The notes beneath the pieces are model-generated. The model was not told where the DNA came from and did no database searches. It was given only the letters and a program-made list of their open reading frames with translations. Below are positions 43,309 through 55,582 of a stretch of 64,000 nucleotides of DNA, piece after piece. Within the stretch, counting starts at the first letter, position 1; every line of letters starts with the position of its first letter. Both the position numbers and the translations under genes were made by a program. This stretch comes from Octopus vulgaris (taxonomy: Eukaryota). The stretch lies in NCBI GenBank assembly GCA_951406725.2, contig OX597831.1:30380001-30444000 (forward strand), given 5' to 3'.

Positions 43309-43312
<4 letters not shown>
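42835..43312. mobile_element. PLE-like insert with ~125-bp inverted arms, within (TA)n
   Basis: 42959-43082 is the near-perfect reverse complement of 43187-43310; contains decayed GAAAC-ACGT-GTA motifs; (TA)n on both sides. Confidence 0.55.
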
Positions 43313-43368
<56 letters not shown>

Positions 43369-43490
43369 GCGCGTATGTGTGTATACATGTACATATATGT
43401 ACACACATGTATATATGCGCGCGTATATGTGTATACATATATTTCATATGTATATGTATACGCTCTCTTTTTCTCTTCCCCTCTCCCGGG

Positions 43491-43522
<32 letters not shown>

Positions 43523-44340
43523 GACACACATATGTAGATAGAAAGTAAGATAGATTGATAGATAAACAGGTAGACAGAGATAGACAGAAATATTTGAAAA
43601 CACATCGAGCTCTTACTGATATGTATCCGTTGAAATATATGTCACATATCAAAACATTAAAAGTGAAGTCGTATATCTACTGTATCTTCTAAAATTATGA
43701 ATGCAAAAATATTTTGGAAATGATTAAAAGTTTCAAAGGTATAGATAATATACTTTTACTGACGAATTATATCTCAACCAGCAAGCTGGAAATTTCTTAA
43801 AAAATATTCTTGTAAATGTCTGCATGAATTAACTAATTCAGATTTAATTCCAGTACATTCTGCCTTATCAGTATGCTCTTCGAGCAAAAAATTATAAGTG
43901 CCGTTAATTATTGTAATAAATCCTTAAAAGAGTGAATGTAACCATAAAGAATATACATATTCAAAATCGTACTTTTATATATACAAAATATTACAACTAA
44001 TACAATACTATACTTTGATTTTTCCCTATATTTTAATTATTCTAATATTGCCTGAAGCTTCCAATGACATACGTACTCTTTATGGAATATTTGATAAATA
44101 CAAATTTCATTTACAGCGGTACTAGTAATGTTCTGCTTCCATAGCTATTATATATATGTAGAAGAAACCTTATTAGAATAAATACAACATCTTTATGTAA
44201 ATGTTATAATCCTAATGCTTGCCTTTCCATTTGTATGTTCCATTGTTAAAACAGTATATCACGTAGAAACCACACTCATTGATTTCAGCGAAACAAAAGT
44301 CTATGCAAGTTATATTGAAAACTCTAAAGAAAATTCTCCC

Positions 44341-44691
44341 AACATTTTTCTAGATGCAGGTATCAAACCTGCAACATTTTGCTAGATGCAGGTATCAAAA
44401 CTGCAACATTTTGCTATATGCAGGTATCAAAAATGCAACATTTTGCTAGATGCAGGTATCAAAACTGCAACATTTTTCTAGATGCAGGTATCAAAACTGC
44501 AACATTTTGCTAGATGCAGGTATCAAAACTGCAACATTTTGCTAGATGCAGGTATCAAAAATGCAACATTTTGCTAGATGCAGGTATCAAAACTGCAACA
44601 TTTTTCTAGATGCAGGTATCAAAACTGCAACATTTTGCTAGATGCAGGTATCAAAACTGCAACATTTTCTAGATGCAGGTCTCAAAAATGC
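44341..44691. repeat. 32-bp minisatellite, 11 units
   Basis: Consensus aacattttgctagatgcaggtatcaaaactgc, head to tail, no spacers. Confidence 0.97.
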
Positions 44692-45442
44692 ACTTTTCCT
44701 CTAAATACGTTCGTCACCACAATTGCAAAAGTATTTTGAATTAAAAGACAAGACAGATGTAGCTGTGGGGTAAGAAGTCTGCTTCTCAACCACATGGTTC
44801 TGGGTTCAGTTCCAATGTGTGGCACCTTCTGTTATACCCTCGGCCCGATCAAAGCCTTGTGAGTGGATTTGCTAGACGGAAATTCAAAGAAGCTCGTCGT
44901 GTATATATAATGTATATATGTGTGTGCATGTGTGTATGTGTGGTTATGTGTATCTTTGTGTTTGTGTTTGGTCCTCCATCACCGCTTGACAACCGGTATT
45001 GGTTTGTTTACGTCCTCGTAACTTAACGGTTCGGCAAAAGAAATGGATGGAATAAGTACTAGGCTTATAAGGAAAGTACTGAGGTAGATTTGTCCGACTA
45101 AATGTTCCTCAACACCGTGTCCCAGCATGGCCTGACTACAACAGTATAATGACTGAAAAAAGTAAAAGATAAAGGATAATCTATCACAAAATACGTCTCC
45201 TTAAATTATAATCCAGAGATTATTACCTTACTGATAATCTCTGGTGGTAGCCACGGAACTGTACGTACATTAGAGCTAATAAGCCTTGATATATCTGCCC
45301 GGGCCAACCTTTTCCACTCTCGTAACAGCGTTTGTGAGGACACTGATGCTAAACTGTGTCGGCAGTAAGGTGATGGGTTTTCCCTTGGGCAAAGCCGGTG
45401 CTTTGTAGAGGAATGACTTAATGCTTGGACAACAACCAATAT

Positions 45443-45659
45443 TCTCTTTTACTCTTTTACGCTTTTACTTGTTTCAGTCATTTGACTGCGGCCATGCTGG
45501 AGCACCGCCTTTAGTAACAAATCGACACCGGGACTTATTCTTTGCAAGCCCAGTACTTATTCTATCGGTCTCTTTTTGCCGAACCGCTAAGTGACGGGGA
45601 CGTAAACACACCAGCATCGGTTGTCAAGCAATGCTAGGGGGACAAACACAGACACACAA

Positions 45660-45690
<31 letters not shown>

Positions 45691-45862
45691 CATATATACG
45701 ACAGGCTTCTTTCAGTTTCCGTCTACCAAATCCACTCACAAGGCATTGGTCGGCCCGGGGCTATAGCAGAAGACACTTGCCCAAGATGCCACGCAGTGGG
45801 ACTGAACCCGGAACCATGTGGATGGTTAGCAAGCTACTTACCACATAGCCACTCCTGCGCCT
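45443..45862 (-). mobile_element. tRNA-derived SINE family D (aggcgcaggagtggctatgtggtaag...)
   Basis: B box ggttcagtcc, internal (TG)n, (agtaaaag)n tail. Other copies: 24208-24610 (-), 57082-57525 (-), 44755-45175 (+), 38250-38530 (+), and fragments at ~490-650 and 62495-62770. Confidence 0.9.
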
Positions 45863-46827
45863 ATTCAGATAAGTAAATAAATAAATAAATAAAAATAAAG
45901 ACCTAACCCAGGTCTGCACATTCATGGGTAGATATATGGTTAACCCAGACCAAAGGAGACCCTTACATTGGAGAAAAAGGAGGCCGGGGAGATTAGCAGT
46001 GCAGAATACAAAGCCTGGTTGCTAAATATGTTGGAGTAAAGTATAAATATAAAAAAAAGACATTTATCCAGAAACGGAAAGTTTAAAAACAAAAAGGAAA
46101 AAATCCCACAAGCAAACAGGACGTCAATCATAGGTCAGCAACAGACCCCCCTGTGGTGTAAACAGTAAAGACCAAGGCCAGAAAAGAAATGGCTCATCTA
46201 GAGCACTATCATCTCCAGTGATAGACCAGGTATCCTCTTTTGCAGTCGAAAGATCATTGCTGAAATCTCTTCAGGAGTTCAGAACACAAACCACGGAGAA
46301 AACTCGAGGTCTATCAGCAAAAATAGGAGAAAAGTAGGTAATAAAGAAATGATTGACCCCTACTGAAAATAATGAAGGATAAAGCTCAATCTCCACAGAA
46401 CAACGCCTGTCAGTCTGCATTGCATAAACTGCACGGTTCACTTAATTAATAACAAGATCTTTAGTGAAGGCGATGGCTTAATGGTTAGGGTATTCGGCTA
46501 ACGACAGCACGGTTGTAAGTTCGGTTCCTAATGGTGCATTTTGTCCTTGAGCAAGAATTTAATTTCTCTTTGTTCCAGTCCACTCAACTGGCAACAATTA
46601 GCTGTACCTGTAATTCATAGGGCCAGCCTTGTCATATTTTATATCATACTGATTCTCCTAGAGAACTAAGAAAAGGGTATGCCTTACTGTGGAGCGCTCA
46701 GCCACTTGCACGTTAATTTCACGAGCAGGCTGTCCCGTTAATCGGATCAGCTGAAACACTCGCCGTTGTAGCCGACGGAGAGCCAGTTTAAACACGAGGA
46801 TATTCTATGCCAATCTAGATCCTCAAC

Positions 46828-47222
46828 TCATATATAAAAGTGAAGTTGTGTGTCTGTCTCCTACGATTTAGATTCCTAACTACTCCCACATTTTGCGGTG
46901 CAGTTTAACCAAAACCCGGTATCTTATAGTCGTGATTCATATCGAGCCCTTCTGGGTATTAGCGCGCGTTTACGATGAGTCTACGATTTTAAAAATAATT
47001 TGCCATCATTTTTTTCCATTTTAATGCATTTTTTCGCTATTATATAAGGGGAAGTAACTCTCTAAAAATGTCTATGATGAGTCAACGATTAAAAAAAATT
47101 TACCATCATTTTTTTTTCCATTTTTAATGTATTTTTTTGCTATTTTTTGGCTATAACTCTCTAAAAATGCTTATATAGTTATTTCCCTTACAAACCCGAA
47201 CAACGCCGGGCGATACTGCTAG
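46828..47222 (+). mobile_element. Non-autonomous Helitron
   Basis: 5' TC-ATATATAAAAG...gtgtgtctgtc; 3' GC-rich hairpin cccgaacaacgccggg then CTAG|T; no TSD; internal tandem subrepeats. Confidence 0.75.
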
Positions 47223-47959
47223 TTACTTATAAAAAACATAGTCAACCTACTAAATAGCCATAATTATAACTTTTTATAAATATTTTTATGACTTTGTCTC
47301 AGCTTTATCTCCCCTACATTCTTAACGTCTTAGCTTCTTAATACCTATAATTTTCATTGAACGTTTCCTTTAGATTTCTTAGCAACAGCAAGTATTTACT
47401 CTCTTAATTCTGTAATATTAACAACTATTCTATTTTTATTTCTTTATCTTATGTTTAATACACACAAAAAAATACAAGCTCTTACACTAAAAAATGTTTT
47501 CCGTTATAGATAACTAATAACTTCGTTCTTTCGTTTTGCCTTCAGGTAGCCTAATAAAAACTATGTTCACGAGTTTTTATATTATTTTCGCACAAAACTT
47601 TCTCTTTTTAAAAAATAATTTCCTTAAATATACACCATACCTAATATTACTTATATATTAACTATAACTGTCGAATCATATCCTAATTCAAACATAAATA
47701 TGCTTTCCCATTGGACACTTCTATTTAACTCCCTGTCATAAATGACTTATTTGGAGTGTAAATAAATTACCTACTTATTTTTATATAAGGGGAATGTTTC
47801 TTCAACATCTTTCACATATATTTTCAAATAACCGTTAGCCGCATCAGATTTTAGTTGAAACACAACTAGAGTCAACAACTTTCTTTTGGTATGCTCGTAA
47901 TTCTTCATAAGGATAAAATATGTATATCCGAATATGTTATTTCCTATTTTCTTCAAATT

Positions 47960-48008
<49 letters not shown>

Positions 48009-48015
48009 TAATAAC

Positions 48016-48108
<93 letters not shown>

Positions 48109-48340
48109 ACATTTTGATATATTAATCTAGCAATGAGGAGGACAGTGATTTGTGATTAATTTAAGTTGATTTGATTTTAATTATTCTACGATGTTATTTA
48201 CATGTTTAATATCGCTGTTATAAATGATGGTATGCATTTATTAAGCCCTTTTCAAATTCTGACATCTCTTTTTCATTTTTAAACAATTTGTTGAGTTCCT
48301 ATGGGACACCTTTCCATAAATTCACATAACAAACTACATA

Positions 48341-48394
<54 letters not shown>

Positions 48395-48479
48395 TTAGAG
48401 ACAAAACCACTATTTTGCAAAACAAACAAGGAAAGACTTAATCAATACATAAAATTTTAATAAATAGTCAAAAAAACCG

Positions 48480-48522
48480 CCACTACAATTGTTTCTTGTC
48501 TTAATCGACAATCTTCAGGTGG
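48480..48522 (-). ncRNA. Minimal type I hammerhead ribozyme motif with intact core (PLE-associated), sense to the cyclase pre-mRNA
   Basis: CCAC-CUGAAGA-UUGUC(GAUUAA)GACAA-GAAA-C(AAUU)G-UA-GUGG: 4-bp helix I, 5-bp helix II, palindromic helix III, GUA cleavage triplet. Confidence 0.75.
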
Positions 48523-48559
48523 ACTTCCAATAAGTCAGTTTCAAATTATATATACATAC

Positions 48560-48600
<41 letters not shown>

Positions 48601-49029
48601 TATATACATATATATATATGTATATAAATACATACACAAATACACACACATACATATAAAAAAAACACACGCACACACATATGGATATACATACACAAAT
48701 ACACACACATATATACTTATATATATATATGCTCATTCCCAAAGTTTGAGTAACCTTTTTTCATAACACGTTTTGTATTGTAACTTGAGGCCTAGTAGTC
48801 AATTACAAGAAGAATAATTAACATAGTTATAATGAAAATGCTTATAACAACGACTCCGGTTTTCATATATACACTATGTGACCACATAATTATAAGAGTT
48901 TGGGTGAAACCGAATCAATCAAATCCAACTAATGAATATTTTGTTCCTAGAGGGTTCCGGAGGAATAAAGCGTTAACATCACCACGGTTTATCTTCAGAA
49001 ATTCTGATAATGAAAATAAAAATTATCAC

Positions 49030-49148
49030 CTGACATTGTCGTGCCTCTGGATGTATATTTTATGAAACATTCCCTGGTGTGGCGTAGTAATATCATCTTT
49101 CATTTCCATAGCAACGTGCTGAGGTAGAACACTAAGCAGTAATTTTTC
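49030..49148 (-). CDS. ADCY1: Adenylyl cyclase exon (start of C1a)
   Basis: 119 nt, phase 0/2, acceptor ttctttcag and donor gtgata. Translates [39 protein letters not shown](S), with the LLLSVLP and FHKIYIQRH motifs of transmembrane adenylyl cyclases. Confidence 0.95.
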
Positions 49149-50609
49149 CTGAAAGAAAACAAAAAATTTCAATAATAACAAACAGTAATTGAAAAACGCA
49201 TAAAACAAATTCTCGAGAAAAGAAAACTGATTTGAGAATTATTTTTTACACGAAGGCTACACATTTACTGAGAAAGAAAAATAGTCAAGTGATTTCATTT
49301 GAGAAGATAACTGGGAGTTATTCTTTATTCATCATGGACCAATGAAATAAAAGTTGTTGTATAGCCTGAGTTCAGCCCTGGTAAAGTAGCTGTATGATCA
49401 AAAGGTGTACCATCTATATATGGTTCTAAATGTTTAGAAAACAAATGACAGGGAAGGTGAGGGAACAAGCAGGTGTAATAGTTTGACACTCGGGAAAAAT
49501 GCAAAAGTATTTGACATTCCGAGCCTACGCTCATCGACAGAAAGGGGTGAGAGGATGAAAATGAAGAGAGAGAGAGAGCGAGAGAGAGACAGAGAGAGAC
49601 AGAGATGGAGAGAGAGAGGGGGAGAGGAGGAGAGAGAAATAGGGATGAACATGTCGGGTTTCATGGTTCCATATGCTGAAAAGTCTATATACCCATGCTA
49701 GAATTTGGTTATATTATATAAAAAATATCTTTATTTCTATAGGATGTGAATTGGAGGAGAATTACATGGTGTTTCTAGGATATAAGAAAACTAAATATAC
49801 GCTCTCTCTTTAGTTTCTGAAAATGCCACTTGACTTTCCTGGGAATAAAAATTGTTAAAAACAGAAGGTTACTGTTACCGTTTCTGTTTTTCAGCATCGT
49901 CACATAGGAATAAAAATCATAATGATAGTTCCTTCTACAATAGGTACAAGACAAAAAAAAATTTTGATGTGAGAGGCTAGTCGCCAGTATTCGACTTGCT
50001 GATCTTGGACACTGGGGATTATTGCAATCTCAGTCATTTATTTGTCAAGGAAGTCCGGGTAGCACGTCTTATGAGTCCTAAGACACGTGAGAAAAACAAA
50101 ACAAAACAAACAAAATGGAATTCATTCTCTGTTCTATGACCGTAAAAGTTAGTAAAATCAATCATTCTTTGATCACGTGCCTTCCCTGACGTTGCTCATC
50201 GTTAGGGTAATTGCTTTAACATTGTCAATAAACTAAAATGGCTTCCAAGAAAAACTGGAACGTAAGCTAAGGATTTCGGACATTTTTGAAGATTACTATG
50301 GAGCTTAAAATGGATCATTTGTCACTATATGTTACAAAATATTGGTATGAAATTTTTGCTCGAGGCCAATGTCCAGCTTTGACTTATTTTATCGACTCCT
50401 CAAGGATGCAGAGCAGAATTTAGAGCGTAAATACGGGCGAAATGCCACTAAGCATTTTGCCCGGTGTGATAACACTTCTACCAGCTCGCCGCCTTATGTA
50501 TGTTACAAAATATTGATTTCAAATTTTGGCACAGGCTCAGCAAGTTCGAATGGGGAGATTAGTCGATTACATCAACCACAGTGTTCAACTGGTACTTAAT
50601 TTGCAGATG

Positions 50610-50983
50610 GATGGATGGATGGAAGCACTCCGTCGGTTACGACGATGAAGGTTCCGGTTGATCCGAATCAACGGAACAGCTTGCTCGTGAAATTAACGTG
50701 TAAGTGGCTGAGCACTCCACAGACACGTGTACCCTTAACGTAGTTCTCGGGGATATTCAGCGTGACACAGAGAGTGACAAGGCCGGCCCTTTGAAATACA
50801 GGTACAACAGAAACAGGAAGAAAGAGTGAGAGAAAGTTGTGGTGAAAGAGTACAGCAGGGATCACCACCATCCCCTGCCGGAGCCTCGTGGAGCTTTAGG
50901 TGTTTTCGCTCAATAAACACTCACAACGCCCGGCCTGGGAATCGAGTCCGCTGCCCTAACCACTGGGCCATTGCGCCTCCACG
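50610..50983 (-). mobile_element. SINE family A nested in an older family C copy
   Basis: Near-identical to the 54515 copy apart from a short head deletion; 13-bp TSD taatttgcagatg. Confidence 0.9.
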
Positions 50984-51102
50984 TAATTTGCAGATGCAAA
51001 AGAGTGAAAGGCAAAGTCGATCACGGAGATATTTAAAGCCAGAACGTAAAGCATTTTGCTTGGCGTACTAACGATTCTGCCAGCTCGCCGCTTTATGTAT
51101 AT

Positions 51103-51467
51103 ACTAGCAGTATCGCCCGGCGTTGCTCAGGTTTGTAAGGGAAATAACTATAAAGCATTTTTAGAGAGTTATAGCAAAAAAATGTAAAAAAAATGATGGT
51201 AAATTTTTTTTTGAGAGTTAAAAAAGGTCGAGTTGCGTCCCCTAGACAGTCTGTGGTTTGTGTTTCTGATTCTCGACCCTATATCGAATTTATCGAACTG
51301 GGGGAACTTTTCAAAATTTTCGCTGCGTTAGTTTTGAATTATGACATTGGGCTATGTGTGTGTCAAGTTTCATCAGAATCGGTTGAAAGCAGTGGTCAGG
51401 GTGAGGGTACAACCAAACAGACACACAGAAACACACACAGACAAACTGCCGTTTATATAGAGAGAGA
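51103..51467 (-). mobile_element. Non-autonomous Helitron sharing its 3' end with the 46828 element
   Basis: Minus strand reads A|TCTCTCTCTATATAAAC...cctgagcaacgccgggcgatactgCTAG|T, inserted at an AT dinucleotide. Confidence 0.8.
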
Positions 51468-51496
51468 TTACAAAATATTGCATGTAAATTCCTTAC

Positions 51497-51646
51497 TAGT
51501 TTTTCATTCTCGTCCTCGATCTCAAGCCGTGCAGCAATACAGTTCCTCGTATCGTAGAAGGTCTTCCGCTGGGTACGATCCGTGAGATTATGGATAAATA
51601 TCCCAGCCACGTTTACGCAGGCGAAGAACAAGCCATTTGCCAGCAG
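51497..51646 (-). CDS. ADCY1: Adenylyl cyclase (rutabaga/ADCY1-like) exon: last TM helix of M1 plus linker to C1a
   Basis: 150 nt, phase 0/0, acceptor ttacttacag and donor gtaagg. Translates LLANGLFFACVNVAGIFIHNLTDRTQRKTFYDTRNCIAARLEIEDENEKL; the RNCIAARLEIEDENEK segment is typical of ADCY1/rutabaga. Orthology is from recalled similarity, not a search. Confidence 0.92.
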
Positions 51647-52060
51647 CTGTAAGTAACAAAAAAAAGAGGAAAGAGTTAAATCAATAAAATGGTATAGTAT
51701 TTCCACATACATTACTTTACTGTATATTTAATATCAGTGATGCATTGAGTTATGTAAGAAAGGGTTTTTGCAGTAAGGAGATGCTACAATTTCTGGAAAA
51801 TAGTAGCGAAGAACGGGGGAAAAAAAAAGGAAAAGATTATGCATAAACCTCGTCATCCATTCAATGAAAAATTGTAAAATATTATACAGTCTCACTATTT
51901 GATTTTCTTGAAAAGATATGTGCATACGTACATGGAAGAATTCCCACAAGTAATTAAAATAGTATATACACCAATACTTGCAAATATCTTATGCCATACA
52001 TAAATGCAAAGGTGTATATGATAGATACGATTACAACACATACGGACATATATGTATATA

Positions 52061-52112
<52 letters not shown>

Positions 52113-54061
52113 TACAGATATACATACATGTGTCTATATAGGAAACTATGCGTGTGTTTATTTGTTTGTTTGTGTGTGTGTGTACATTTTTCACAGCTTT
52201 GTCAGACAGGTATGGGCAGTATATACACATAGGTAGTTATACAAACATGTGAATGTGTGCATTTTCGTAAGTCAGTAATTCACACATCTACAAATTCAGT
52301 GACAGCTATACATGCATACTTGACATACCTGTGTATACGTGAATGTACACACTAAAGCTTATATTCATATTAGCGTATTACATACATAATACATACATGC
52401 ATACACACATAATTATAGCTACACACACATAAACGCACATACACACACAGAGACACAAATACGCACACATACACACACGCATCTATATACACATATACAT
52501 ATAAACACGACTACCAAGTTGATGTTAACATTGTAAGAATCATGTATTTGAATAAATTAGATACTTTCCTTCATTTGTTGGAAAATCAAAAACGAAAACT
52601 AAAACAAACTGCCTCTTTCCTGCCCTCTCTCCCCATTTCTCTCTCTCTCTCACATACACACGCGCACGCGCATAATTCATACACTTAAATTTATTCCAAG
52701 ATTGTCAGCTACGTCTTACATAATTTAACTCCCAAAGCAGGGAATAAACGGCCGAGTTGATACGGTATTAAATCCCCAGCTGATGGTGGTTCCCGAAGCC
52801 AATCAAGTGTCTTTTACTTTGCATGTTACTCAGGTACTTAACTTTTCGATATAGATAGGCACACTTATTTCTGCAGAAATTACACTGTCTAACACAATTT
52901 TTGTCCTTGGATTGGCAATTGATATTTCCTGTTGGCTTATTCCTAGAAATTATGTAAAATGGCTAAGATTTCCTTCGAACTTTGCTTTTGTTACCTTTAT
53001 TTAAACCACAAAGAATTTCTCTCAACACATGGTTATAATGCTCCTCCATGACTGGTGCTCATGATCAGAGACACACGTATTGTCAGCCACTAAGGGACAT
53101 GGTGAAAAGGTTTAGATCAAGCATGAATCTGTCTGAAATCTAATGGAAAATATGTCAGTGTGAAGGGAATAGTAGTCACTTCCTTAGATTTCTAGATAGA
53201 AGCAAATAGCAAATAACAGTTACTGACAAATAGAAAATAACACTTGTTGGTCAAAAAAAAAAAATAATAAATAAGAATTTTGTTACACAGTGTTATCTTG
53301 TGGTAAACTAGAGTCTTGTACATGGCAAGATATATTTCCCTTCCCTATAATCTCTAGAAAGCCAGAATTCCGAACCTGCTTACAGAACTGTGAATTTAGT
53401 GGGGAAATTAACTGCAACTTAACACCGAGTAATTAAGCCTGCATTTGAAAAATAATTTTCTGGAATTTAACACTAATCTGTCACTGTAAATAACGTATCT
53501 TTAGTTGTTATTTAATACTATGTTGCCGTATTTATTGTTAATCTAATAGTAATACTGAAATTAAATACACGCTCTCGCTACAACACTCACACACAGACCC
53601 ACACACGCAGACACACACGCACACATACACACACTCAAACACACATACACACACTCATACACACGCACACGCACACACACTCATACACACACACACACAC
53701 ACACATTCACACACATGCGCACACACATTCACATACATGCACATATATATAGGCTCTCGCGCATGCAAATAAATCCGACACATTAAATCACTCAAAAGTG
53801 TTTGCGTTTACTTGGGAGAGATTTTTGTTTTAAATCTGCCTACATCCACAGACATGCGATATCGGAAGACATTTTTTTTTACTCTTTATCTTCCTTTCCT
53901 CCCACTTTCCTTTTCCCCTCTCCCCTCTTCTCTCTCCCTCTCCTTCTTCCCCACTCTCTCTGCACTGAAATTAAATATCTCTCAATATATTTTTATAATT
54001 GTTGGAACAATTAATTATTTTTAATTGTTGTTGAAATTATTGAAGGCGCTGTTGTTGTTGT

Positions 54062-54099
<38 letters not shown>

Positions 54100-54514
54100 C
54101 TTTTGTTTTGTTAGCCAGTCCTCAGCTCTGATTGAGTACACGTATGGTAAAAAGAATTACAGTTTTAATCTGGTTCCTCTTTTATTTAGTGTAATCCTTT
54201 CTTAAGAAAAAGGAAGACTTCAGAGTGCAATGTGAGGACGATTTGACTGTTATTTCATACCAAACCATATCGCTGTGTAGAGAGACCACTTCCCTCATAT
54301 GGAAAAAAATCCCAGACCTGTATTGGAATAAACTTATTATTTACACATTGTTCCTTGTATGATCCACTCAAAAAGGTTACTGTGAAGAGAGTTCATCTAA
54401 ATTGATTGCGGATCAACATATTCAATGGTGAAAATACTAAGAAACATTTCTTAATCCGGATCAATGTCCACGTATTCACATAGGATCATCCACACAGCTG
54501 TTTGTCTTGCTAGA

Positions 54515-54899
54515 GGAGGCGCAATGGCCCAGTGGTTAGGGCAGCGGACTCGCGGTCATAGGATCGCGGTTTCGATTCTCAGACCGGGCGTTGTGAGTGT
54601 TTATTGAGCGAAAACACCTAAAGCTCCACGAGGCTCCGGCAGGGGATGGTGGTGATCCCTGCTGTACTCTTTCACCACAACTTTCCCTCACTCTTACTTC
54701 CTGTTTCTGTTGTACCTGTATTTCAAGGGGCCGGCCTTGTCACTCTGTGTCACGCTGAATATCCCCGAGAACTACGTTAAGGGTGCACGTGTCTGTGGAG
54801 TGCTCAGCCACTTACACGTTAATTTCACGAGCAGGCTGTTCCGTTGATTCGGATCAACCGGAACCCTCATCGTCGTAACCGACGGAGTGCTTCCATCCA
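54515..54899 (+). mobile_element. tRNA-derived SINE family A, full length
   Basis: A box tggcccagtgg, B box-like gtttcgattctc, (atcc) tail, 12-bp TSD tgtcttgctaga. Confidence 0.9.
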
Positions 54900-55167
54900 T
54901 GTCTTGCTAGAAAGAACACAGGAATCCTTTAATATAAAAAAAATTACTGTCTTTAAAATAGTTAAATACGTTGGGCGATGAAGACTTGGCTTTACTAACA
55001 GACGGAGACGCTTTCAATTATAATTTTGCGATCTGGTAAAGTCATCATCAGCATTTCTTCTGGTTTTATACTTTTGAGTTCAAATTCCGCTGAGGTTACC
55101 TTTGCCTTGAGTCCATTCGTGGTCAGTAAAATAAGTACAAGCTGAGCACTGGGGTCAATGTAATCTC

Positions 55168-55582
55168 TTTCTTTACTACCCACAAGGGGCTAAACACAGA
55201 GAGGACAAACAATGACAGACAAACAGATTAAGTCGATTATATCGACCCCAGTAGGTAACTGGTACTTATTTAATCGACCCCGAAAGTATGAAAGGCAAAG
55301 TCGACCTCGGCGGAATTTGAACTCAGAACGTAGCGGCAGACGAAATACCTATTTCTTTATTACCCACATGGGGCTAAACACAGAGGGGACAAACAAGGAC
55401 AGACATAGCTATTAAGTCAATAACATCGACCCCAGTGCGTAACTGGTACTTAATTTATCGACCCCGAAAGGATGAAAGGCAAAGTCGACCTCGGCGGAAT
55501 TTGAACTCACAAAGTAACGCAGACGAAATACCGCTAAGCATTTCGCCCGGCGTGCTAACGTTTCTGCCAGCTCACCGCCTTA
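55168..55582 (-). mobile_element. SINE family C, internally dimeric copy
   Basis: Same unit junction as the 37340 copy, on the opposite strand. Confidence 0.85.

Noticed and set aside
44341-44691. CRISPR-like array (32-bp repeats)
   Set aside because: Units are contiguous with no unique spacers, there are no cas genes, and the context is a eukaryotic intron.
54515-54590. tRNA genes (also at ~62773 and other SINE heads)
   Set aside because: The A/B-box heads continue into multi-copy SINE bodies, several with TSDs; they are not standalone tRNAs.
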